Shown here: positions 11,501-22,800 of the stretch, piece by piece
Numbering within the stretch: position 1 is the first letter of the stretch
How the letters are laid out: the number at the start of each line of letters is the position of its first letter
Assembly (NCBI GenBank): GCA_013239625.1
Contig: MU054338.1
Coordinates: 1,056,001-1,120,000 of the forward strand
Direction of reading: 5' to 3'
Source: Lama guanicoe
Taxonomy: Eukaryota
Length of the DNA stretch: 64,000 bases
The notes under the pieces: generated by a model
What the model was told of the DNA's origin: nothing
What the model saw: only the letters and a program-made list of their open reading frames with translations
Database searches by the model: none
Position numbers and translations under genes: made by a program

Positions 11501-14500
11501 CTGGAGAGGATTCCTGGTGAGTCTGACAGTCAGGTCATAATCAGGGTTGGGGCTGAGACGGGGAATGCACTCAGCAGTAAGGACTGGGAGAGGGGGGAGG
11601 GTACAGCTCAAGTGGAAGAGTGCATGGTTAGCATGCACAAGGTCCTGGGTTCAATCCTCAGTACCTCCTCCAGGTAGAAATCAATGAATAAACCTAATTA
11701 TCCCCCCCTCATAAAAAAAAAGGCTGGAAGAGAAAAGGCACAGTCTCATTCTTTTATGAGAACCGCTCGTAGCACCAGAAGGTGAAGGTGTGTTCAGCGA
11801 AGAGCAGGCACATGTCAAAGGGACAGGTAAGGGACAATCTGCACAACCCAGCATAGAATAAAATCGACACCTGTAAGTCCATGCTGATAGGAATAAATGG
11901 CTGGACAATTAAATGGGGGAGAAGGAACAGTTCTTCCTAAAGAAGAATTCCAACTGACAAATGTAAAAAGACTAGACGCCACCCACTCTAAGACCAGGGA
12001 CTAGACGAGGATGCCTGCTTTCACCACGGCTAGTCAACCGCGCTGGAAGTCTTAGCCGGAGCAATTAGACAAGAGAAAGAAACAAAAAGCATCCAAACTG
12101 GAAAGGAAGAAGTAAAACTCTCTCTGTTAGCAGAGGACATGATCCTATATGCAGAAGGTCCCAAAGGAGTCACAGGAAAGCTACTTGAGCCAACAAACAA
12201 ATTCAGCAAAGTGTCAGGGCCCAGATCAACACACAGGAGACTGTGTTTCTCTACGCCAGCAATAAACACTCACGAAAGGGGACTTAGAAAACATTCCCAC
12301 GTAGAGCAGCACCATGAGATACCCAGAAACAAAAAGCAAAGCAAAAACACACTGCTTCCGAAGGGTGCCACCAGGAGGCTCCCTCTCAGATGCCCGGGTG
12401 TCAGCGGCCGGGGCGCATCCCCTCACGGCAGCCTGTCTTCAGGCTTCCTTCCACGCAGGGGACCCACGCCCCGCAGCTCCTCCACGCTCCGGAGAGCACC
12501 TCCGGCGTTCACCACGGCACCGTCAAGCCTCTTGAAGGCAGGGACCCAGCCCCTACAGTCTCTTCTTCTCTGGGGTTCAAACCCTCTCATTCTCTCCCCT
12601 TGAAGGATGTACATACATTTGGAGCACCTGTCCTGCCCTTGCCTCAAAGCTCAACTTTGCCAAATAGCCCTGAAAATGCTTAGCACAGAGCTTGGCAGGA
12701 ACCGGCCTCTCCCTTTGTCTGGAATCTGTACTTGTAGGAATGCAGCCAAACAAGAGGCTGAGCTACCCTGTGACTTCAGGCAAGGTCTGCGCGCCCCCGC
12801 CACCCCCCCCGTGAGGCCCCCAGGGGGTGAGTGTCCCTGCTGCCGTCCTGGAGGCTACGGGAGGGGAACAGCACCCCCAGAGGGGAGCGCCCTCCTGCGC
12901 ACCTGGGCAGTAAAGCCGCTGTAGAAGGCGAACCAGATCTGGGCCATCGTGCTGGCCAGCGTCTTGTAGATGAAGTAGCGCAGGAACTTGCAGACGCGCA
13001 TGTAGGACCAGCGTCCGTGCACCAGCAGCAGCCGCTTCAGGAAGCAGAACTGCGCCAGCACGTAGTCGCTGTTCTGCACCGCCTGCATGCCCTCCTGCCC
13101 CGCCAGCCCCACGCCGATGTCCGCAGCTGCGGGGGAACACCAGCCTGTCAGCCCCGGGCCCCCGACTCACCGCCCCTACCTGCTCCCGGCCGCGGGCCTC
13201 ACCCCCCGTCCCTGCTGCCCACCACCCACTCTTGATCATGTTCACGTCGTTGGCGCCGTCCCCGATGGCCAGGGTCACCACATTCTGGTATTTCTTGACC
13301 AGCGCCACAATCAAGGCCTTCTGCTTGGGCGTCACCCGGCAGCAGATGACTGCCTGACACTGAGAGGCCAGCTCCACGAAAGCCTGCTCCCGCCGCACCT
13401 CGGGGCTCTCGTGGCTATTGGAGTCTTTGTCTTCCGACGCCAGCCCAGGGGTCTTCCGCTGGATCCCGAGCGTCCGCCACAGCAGGGACAGGCGCCTGGC
13501 CTGCAGGAAGTCCATCCTCCCCTCGCCGAGCTCCTGCCAGGACTCCTCTGTGTCCAAGGTCACCTTCTGGACCAGGGCCCGGGGCTCCTTGCGCAGGGAC
13601 AGCAGCAGCTGATCCTGGCCCGCAGGGGATGGGGGCACGTCACTCTGCTGCACCCCTCCCCTCAGTGAACACTGCCCCGGACCCTCCTCCCGGGCTGGAC
13701 TTGACCCCACCCCCTCAACTCTTGGTGTGGCAAGTGAGACCTTTCCCCTCTGCTTGTCCGACAGCGCTTCTAGGGGCCCCAGCCCCAGCCCAAAGCTCCT
13801 CCCGGCCTCTTCCCCGGTGCCAGGGCCCCGCCGTCTGCCAGGAGCTGACACTGACCAGGAACTCCCCGTTAATGACCAAGGCCATCTTGACCTGCGGCAG
13901 GAGCTGGCTCCTCCGATGGTCCTTCTTGTCACCCTTCAGGTTGTTGTTGCTCTCCCAGTAGGCCTCCAGGATCCGCCTGCAGGGGCCCGGCCGGGGCTCA
14001 GCCACGCCGGCCACACAGGCTTCCTTCCACCCACTCCCCAGCTGGCCTTGGTTTCCCGCTCTGGGAGTCCAGCCAGGCAGAGACCCCAGGGCCACGCAGG
14101 GGCAGTGGTTGCCCCGCCCCCACCGACCCCCCCAACTCAGGCACATCTGCCTAACCCCCACTTCTTACATTATCTCCTTCTCTTCCAGAATGATCATGTT
14201 CTCTGAGAGCAGCTGGCAAGCAAAGCCGATGTTCACCGCTGTCTCTGCAAACCAGCACACTCAGCCCCTCCACAGCGCCTGCCTGGGGGCCACGCCCACC
14301 CTGCCCATCACAGCACCGTGCCCCTCCCCCTAGCCACAGCGACTGGTTCCAAGGCGGGCATGTGGCAAGGTCAGCCAGTAAGAGCCAGCTCGCCAGCTCT
14401 GTGACTTTGGTCGCAGCTTGGGGCACAGGGAGCCCTGATGGCCTGTCTGAGGGAGATGAGTCCAGGGCGAGGGCCAAAGGACCATCACATCATGCCTAGG

Positions 14501-16827
14501 GCCCCAGGGCACTCTGAGGAACTCAGAAAAATGACTAAATTTCTTTAAAAAAAAAAAAGAAGAGGAAAAAACTGAACCTAAGAACCCAGCCCGGATATTG
14601 GTCTTTATACCAGTATTGCTGTAAACATTTGGTGTGTACATGCCTCCTGCCCACAGAAGTCCTAAGGCAGCCCTGCTTGTGCCCATGCCCCAGGTCCTAG
14701 GGTAGCCTCAAGGGGTGGGGGAGTCAGGGTTCCTGAGATTCCAGGCTATCTTGGGCCCTCGGTGGCTGGGCAACCTTCGTAGGTGCCCGGGCAACCTTCG
14801 TAGGTGCCCGAGCTCTCTCAGCACTATGGGCCACCATCACACAAGGGTGATGAGGGCTGCACCTCTCGGTGGTGCTTAGAACAGCCCCATCCCAACCGAG
14901 TGAGGTGCCCAGGGGACCCCAGCATTTTCTGTTGCTCCCAGTCCTCTCTTCCCAGGGACAAGGTGGAAGGCAATGCTGAAGCCAGACAAGGGGAATGGGC
15001 TGGCGATGGCGCCTGGGCAGGGACGAGCTCTCCTGCCCGCGTCCCTTCTCCTGGTGCTGGGGCAGCCGCTCCGGGACCCACCTTGCTTGTCCCCTGTGAG
15101 TACCCACACTTTGATGTTCCCCTGCTTGAGAGAACGGATGGTGTCGCAGACACCGTCCTGGAGCCTGTCCTCGATGGCCGTGGCTCCCAGCAGCTAGGGG
15201 AACAGGGACAGACTGAGCAGGGACCTGGCTCCCTGGCAGGGCCAGGGAGCTGGAGCCAGGTGATGGCACCCCTCCCCCCGGTGCACCACCCACCTGGAGG
15301 TTCTGCTCCATCTCCTCATACACCTGGTGCAGGGCGTGGGCCCGGTTCTGCAGCAGGATGCTGGCCTCCTGGTGCCGCTGGTGCCACGCCTCATACACGT
15401 CCTTGTCCACCTCCTTGTAGGCCAGGCACAGCGTCCGCAGGGTCTGCTCAGCAAAGGACTGGGCACCAGGCAGGCAGGGGGGCGCCAGCACCCTCTCAGC
15501 ACCACCGGACTCCCTGGGCACCCCTCGGCCCCTCTCCCTCTGCCTGCGCTCTCCCAGCCTGCCCCCACCCACAGTCCGTCCTCCCCAGAGAGGGCGGGGA
15601 TCACGGGCACTCTGCGCACACCTGCTCTGCCTCAGCCCCCAGATGCTCTGCTCTGTTTTGCCTCCAGACCTTGCCTCTGCTATGCCCCCTGCCAGAAACA
15701 CCCTCCCTACACTTTGGGTGGTAGATGCTAACGATTCCTCAAGACCCTGGGTGCAGCCCTGCCGGACCCCTCCCCAGTCAGGGCTCCCCCAGCCCTGGAC
15801 CCCTCCTTCTGGCCCCTCAGCTCAAAAACTTCTGCACCCCACACTGTGCCTCGTTTTTCAAGGGTCTGAGTAAGGCCTCTGGGGTTGGGGGACAGGAAAG
15901 ATCTGGTGAGACTATGTCTCCAGACCCCAGGGAGGACCCAGGGTGCCCTGGGGGCCGGATGGCCCTGAGAAAAGTACCCATCATGGCTCCTTACATCCGC
16001 TCACCCCCCAGCCCTGCCCCAACAAGTGGCCCCCGGTCTCGATTCCATTCCTGACTGGAGTGGACTTGAGAGGTTGAGCTTGGACGTGACAGGGGTGCCC
16101 TGGTCATCAGGAGCTCCCGACAGGCCTTTGCAACTCTTGTGCCTCAGTTTACTTGTCCATTACATAAGCCATCCTGCCAGGCTCCTGGGCTCCAGGTCAT
16201 CATTCTGACTGCACCTCCTCTGTTCTGGGTCCGAAACCAGACGCCAGCCCCCTACTCCTCTCTTCCCACAGAGCAGGACACTCTGGGAAGCTCCAAGTGG
16301 ACGGACACAGGAGAGTCTTTCCACAAACATCCCCTGAGGTGCTGGGGGACACTGGGGACCCACAGGGTCAGGGCTCGGCTGGCATGACAGGACAGCCCCA
16401 TGTTAGGATCAGGGCAGGAACAGCTCCCTGGCGGTGGGGATCTATGGCTGAACCTTGAGGACCAAAGGATCCTGAGCACCAGAGTGGAGGAAGGCATCAC
16501 AAGCAGAGGAGATAGCATGTGCAAAGGTCCTGAGGCAACACCTGAGCATGGAGGAAACTGAAAGCTAGAAACAGGGGTTTCGGGGAACCTAACCAGGGCA
16601 AGGAGAGACCAAGCTAGAGAGGTCAACAGGAGACAGAAAGACACAGCCTGGGAAGTTGGACCAAGGCATCTGGGCTTCACCCTGGGAAATGAAAATTTTA
16701 GGGCAGAGAGGGCTGAGCAGGTCCTGGAACCTAGGCCTGATTGGGAGGAGGGGTAGCATCCAGGGCAGAAGTTCAACCACAGGATGTTCTTGTGTGACTC
16801 AGAAAAAGATGTCCCCTCTGGGCAGGG

Positions 16828-16861
<34 letters not shown>

Positions 16862-19800
16862 TGGGCAGAACAGTGCACAACCTGACCAACTGTACATGGC
16901 CACCTTGGGTACTTGAGCCGATTTCTCTGCACACTGGCCTCCCCTGCCCTTCTCCTGTGCCCTTGACCCTGCCCCTCCACCCTCCCTTCCCACAGAGACT
17001 CACGGCCAAGGCCGTCTCTGTGGTCCACTCTGTCATGCCTTTCTTGCCCAGGCGTTCATAGATGACTGTGTCGGCACCTTTGGTATAGAGGTGGATGGAG
17101 CCTTCGGGGGTGCGGACTGCAGAGGAACAGGCCTGGCTACCCACACATGCTCCCCTGCCCACCTGCCCCACCCCAACCCGGGGCTGCAGGCGCTCACCCA
17201 GCACTGACATCCGCTTGCGCACGCTGTTGAAGTCCATCATGGCCAGGACCTGGTACACCCGCACCTCTCCCAGCTCCATCACAGTGATACTGTCCTGTGT
17301 GCGTGCCAGGAAAACGTAGCCAAAGTTTCGGGCCGCAGTGACCAGTGCCTCCTCGTCCGGGGAAGCTGCCTGGTACAACAGCTGGTCTGGCCGGGAGGGG
17401 ACAAGGGTGGAGGAGGGGGCGGGGTCTGAGAGCCTGCCCTTGTCGGGGATCCGCCACCCACTTGCAGAAGGGCCGGCTTCCATCTCCTTAGCACAGGGAA
17501 GGGACACAGTAGGTGCCCACAGGTATTTGTACAGTTATGGTCAGTCTCTTGGGGCCGCACAACCTCTAAGTCTAATAAAGGAAGGTGGGCATTTGGGTCT
17601 CAGTCTGCATGACTTCCCCCTCCTGGTGTGATGACAGGTCTGGATGGCCTCTGTGTCTGGAAGAGGCTGGGGCTTGGGACCTGGGCCTGAGTACCCTCTG
17701 AACGGGATGAGAGTAGCCCTGGGAGCTGGGCGGGACAACCTCTAAGGCCTGGCAAGCGTCTCTAGAGCCCAGGGCCCGAGCACCCTCTAAGCAGGCTCAC
17801 TGTTCTTCTCCTGCACCATCACCGTGTGGCAAATGGCCAGCAGGCGCCAGAACTCGCGCACCCTCTGGTCCTCATTGGCCTGCACGGCCTGCAGGAGCTC
17901 GGCGTTGCGGAAGAGAAACTTCCTGTCAGCAAACTTGTTCCAGAGGTAGGGGTCCTCCTGGGGGGCGGTGGGGGGACAGGCCAGCTTTGAGTGGGTCACT
18001 GTCCTCCCCCTCGACCATCCAGTGCTCCAGGGCAGCCAGGGCTCACCTTGCATGGGGCCTCCTTCTCCGGGCCTAGGGAAAGACCCTGTTTCAGGCCTCA
18101 GATCCCAGGACTCACTGGGGGCCCCACAGCCCACACCTCCGCAACCCAGGTCAGGCCTCCTGGGGCCACCGGATGCAGCGGGACCAGCGGGCCTGGGCCC
18201 CAGCCCCCAGCCCCAGCTTCACTTTCTGCTCAGAGGAGGAATAAGAGGCAGACGTGTCCCTGTGGACACGGGAGGGTGGCCCGGAGTGGGGCTCAGCCCC
18301 GTGGAACATGTTGGTTGCATCTCCTCATGGTCTTTTAAAATCTGGACTCAGCCACCTGCTTTGAAATACTATGTGACTTCACATAAAAACCGGGCTCCAG
18401 AGCCCTTCTGTACACATCAGAGGACCTGGCTGGGGGCTGGTGCCGCTCAACACAGACCCCACTGCCCCCCATCACCCCGAGGCCAGGCCTGCCTCTCACA
18501 CTGGTGGCTGCCCACCACGCCCAGTTACTACTCAGCTGGGTCCTCTGTCGTCTCCTCATCTAGACCACATCCACTAGTGATAAACTAGGCCAGGGGTTGG
18601 CGCACTGCATTCTCAACAAAGACTGGGCGGCCTGAGCGGCTAGAGATTCTGACTTGTGGGTCCTTTATAGGAGGAGTTTGCCGATCCCCAAATGAGAGGA
18701 TGCTGTTTGGGGACAGTTCTGTGGCACAAATCTGGGTGGGATTCTGGGGGTGGGGTCGCGTGCTCGGCAGGCCAGAGGACGTCAGTGAGGCCCACTGAGG
18801 TCCCAGGGCAGTCGCGGCGGCCCCCGGGGCTGGTCGGTCCTTGCGGCGGGCAGGCTGGAGGGGGCCGGGCCGGGCGGCCCCGGTGGGGAAGGGGTGCCGG
18901 GCTGGGGCCTCACCGTAGACAACGCCACTGATGCAGCACTTCCTGAAGGCCATGACGTTCTGGGTGAGCGTGCCAGTCTTGTCGGAGAAGACGTACTCCA
19001 CCTGGCCCAGCTGGTCATTGAGGCTGGTGCTTCGCGCTTTGGCGGGCATGTCCTGGGGCTCGTAGTACATATGCATGTCCCAGTTGATGAAGATGCTGTT
19101 CCCCAGGTAGATGAACTCAGCCCTGCCAACGCGCAAGGCACGCCGGGGGTCACGCCCCAGCCTGGCCAGCGGGCAGGCTCTCCGGCTCCTCCCTCCCTCC
19201 CTAGCAGAGGGCTGCGGAGGGGCGGGTCGGACGCCCCCTGGGCTCACATGATAAACATGGCCATGGGCACCATGACGCTGAGCAGGATGAGGAAGCCCCA
19301 GAAGTTGAAGAAAGTCTCCGTGGCCACACTACGCACGTGCTTGGCAGACACATAGTGATGCTTGGCCTTGAACTCCCTCACCTTGAACCAGAAGCCCAAC
19401 GTCAGGGCCCCCGAGATCAGCACGAGGGACAGAAAGATCTGCACAGTGGATGAGAATGGGGCACAGCGTGAAGGGAGCGCCTGGGAGGCACCAAGAACCC
19501 CCAGGGATGCGCCGCCCGGGACTCCTGCGCTCAGCGTGGAAGGACGAGCCCAGCGATGGGGTGCCCCCAGCTCCACACCCAGACGGGCGGCGGGACGGGG
19601 GGGCAGTGGGGAGCAGCGGTTTTGCTGGGCTTTGTGGCTGCTTTTTTTATTATTATTAATAACTTTTAAAATTTCTTAAAAATTTTTTTTAATAGAGGTA
19701 CTGGAGATTGAACCCAGGACCTCGTGCATGCTAACCACGCGCTCTACTGCTGAGCCATACCCACCCCCCCGCTATTTCAAAAACTCTTAGAAAGATAAGG

Positions 19801-22800
19801 TTGATTAGGCAAAAAGTTAAGGACATGTGAGCACTTTATCTCCTGTGGGTTCGGAAGACATCCGAATCAAATTCTGTTTTATGAAAACATTTTTTTAAAT
19901 TGCCGTTTTCAAAAAACATTATCTGGCCCACAAACTTGTCCTTAGGATCAGGCTGCATATTCTGCAGAGCAGGAAAACCGAGGCTGGGAAGAGGACAGCC
20001 GGGGCATCTGTCTACAGGGTGGGGCCCTTTTCCTCCCCTCCTCCGTGTCCCCCCTCCCAGGGCAGGGGCTTGGGGGAGCTCACCAGGACCACCAGTCTGT
20101 TCATCAGAAAGTCTAGCTTGGTTCTCTTCAGATGGATCTTGCCGCAGTTCTTCATGATCTTTGTATCAAAACCTGCAGGGTTTTCATCCATCCTTCTGTC
20201 CATCCATCCATCCATCCCTCCCTCCCTCCATCAGTCCATCCACCCATCCATCCATACATCCATCCACTTACTCACCCATCCATCCACCCCATCCTCCATC
20301 CTTCTGTCACCCTACCCCCCACCCACTCATCCATCCATCCATCCCCCCATTCTCCACCCCTCTGTCACTCCACCCATCCATCCACCTGCCACCCATCCTT
20401 CCATCTACATATAAGCACCCCGTTTTTTGCAGTCAAAATAAAGGTCCTGGCTCAACATGTCCATTTGCACAGTTTCGGAACTGAGAGTCCAGAGAAACCA
20501 CGTCAGGAGCCCCTCATCACACAGCGGCAGACCCTTGGCAGCTGGGCCTGGCCTTGTGAATTCTTGCCGATGACTGCAGGGTTCTCACCACCCACCCCTG
20601 ACCGGGGGCCATGCAGGACACCGCAGGGGCGGGCCCAAAGTGGCCGTACCAGCATAGATGACCAGTCCATAGCAGGTGTCCGTGTTGCGGACCCTGCAGC
20701 CCCGCAGGAGGATGTTGCCACTGTCCAGGGGGTGCTTCTTGCCCTTCCACTCTAGGCAGCCCACGAAGCGGTGCATCCGGCTGTTGGGTTCTTCACACAC
20801 CACTTTGCCTGTGGGCAACCTGGCGGTCAGGGAGTCAAGGGCACGGCTGGGCCCAGACATCCCTCCCCAGTGGGGGACCCAGGGCATATTCCCATCACCC
20901 CCAGTCAGGGCCCTGCATGGCCCCAAACCAGCCCCATTGGCACCTCCACTCCCATGCACAGCCTCCTCCTGGAGGCTCCAAAGCTGGCCCTTTCTGGCCT
21001 CAGGGCCTTTGTGTGTGCTGTTCCCTGTTCCCACACTTATACCTCCTCAGGGAAGCCCTCCTTGGTCCTCCTGCTAGATCAGGTGCCCCCCACTGAACCC
21101 CTTCCTCATGGTTGTTTTGTAATAAGGCTGGACACTGCCTCCACTGTCACGTTGACCTGAGGGATATGCTATAGGCCTGGAATAAGCCCGCCCATTAAAA
21201 GCTATCCCAGTCCCAAGGGCCTAGGAATAAACAACACCTATGACAATGGGAGACAACTGGAAGCCTCCTCAACCCCCAGCACACCCCACTACCACCTCCA
21301 ACCCAGTAAGCTGGGGAGCCTTTGCACCCACCACACAGGTGGCCGCCATGGGGACCTGGAGTGGGGAGGTGGGCGGGTCGGCTCTCACCTTGGAAGGCTG
21401 CCATCTTCTTCATGCTGGTCAGCTCGTGGTGGGTGATCGGCAGGGCCTGCCTGAACTTCAGATTGGTTTCCCTGGTGACCAGAAGGGGAGCAAGGCGACA
21501 GCTGGGGCAGACAGCGCCCGAGCAGGTTCCCCCCGACATCTTCCCTGAGCACCTACGGGTGCGCTGGCTGCCAAGCAGGAGGCTGAGGCCCAGAGAGGGA
21601 GAGTACCTTGCCCCAGGTCACACAGGGCATTTGCGAAAGGGCCGAGGCCAGACCCTAGGCCTCTGTGCTCTGAGGGCGGTGGCCCCTGGCACGCTGTGGA
21701 GCTTCCAGAAATGTACAAGGAAGGGGTGTCCCTTCCTGTGGTTTCATCTTATTGCCCCTGCTGGTTCACGAGCGCCTCATCCAGGCTCCCAGGACCACAG
21801 CCTCCCAGTGGGCTTGGCAAGCAGCTCTCTGGCCACTGGGGAAGGCCTCACCCCCAAGGCCCAGTGATCACCGGCCTCACCCGTCAATGTCAGCTGTCTC
21901 CACGTAGCACAGGCTGCTGGGCTCAGTGCTGGCTAGCAGGACCAAGTCAGCCTGCGGGGGGGCGGGGGCAGGGGTGGGAGGAGAGGGCATTGGCTGGGGG
22001 CAGGGAGTTGAGTGGGTGGCAGCCCTGCCCTCCAGCCCACCAGCTCACCGGCACGATGCTGTCCTTGTGCAGACAGACCACGTCTCCCACACACAGGTTC
22101 TTCCATTTCCTCCACAGGAAGCTGCGCGGGGCAGAAGCAGGGGGCAGCAGGTGTGGGGGCCCCTTCCCAGCCTTGGACGTCCCACCCTCCACCCACCGGC
22201 CTGCCCTGGTGGAGCTGGAGGAGCAGGGGGTGGGGTGCCAACACCCAGCCTCTGCTCCTGCTGCCCCCACCCGGGGGCCTCAGCCCACAGGGCAGGGCTG
22301 CAGGCCCATTCTTCCCTGCCCGCCCCCTCCTCCCACATTCCAAGTCCAGACCTTCCTGCCTTCCCCTTCGGCTGAACTCAACTCTGCCTCATCACAGGGC
22401 CCATCCCAGGCCTGGTAGACAGCAGGTGCCTCATACGTGCTGGCCTGGGTACCCCCACTGTCAGATGCAGCCAGGATGTCAGGGAGCGTGGGAGGTGCTG
22501 GATGATCCTCGGGGCACCCTCCCTGTGGTGCCCGACCTCGGCTGTGCTGGGGGCCCTGGCTTGCCCCAGAACGGCCTGCACCTGGCATCCAGCACCCAGC
22601 ACCCAATACCCTGTAGCCGGCGGCAGAGCCTCACCTTTTCCCCATCAGCACCTGGCACGGCCTGTTGTTAATGATCCTGTCGCTCATGTGTCGCCCCTGG
22701 GCCAACGGGGGCAGTCAGAGGATGACACTCCCCCCGTGCAGCCCAGGGGAGGGTGCAGACGCAGGTGCCTGCTGGCGAGCCCTCACCCTGCTGTCTGTCC

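Noticed and set aside
11592..11670. Possible tRNA gene (also 19695-19770)
   Set aside because: The stems are degenerate, and an A-rich tail, flanking direct repeats and a second diverged copy indicate a SINE.
14465..14675. Possible hAT-type DNA transposon relic (cagggc...gcagccctg ends)
   Set aside because: It is too degenerate to assign without RepeatMasker.
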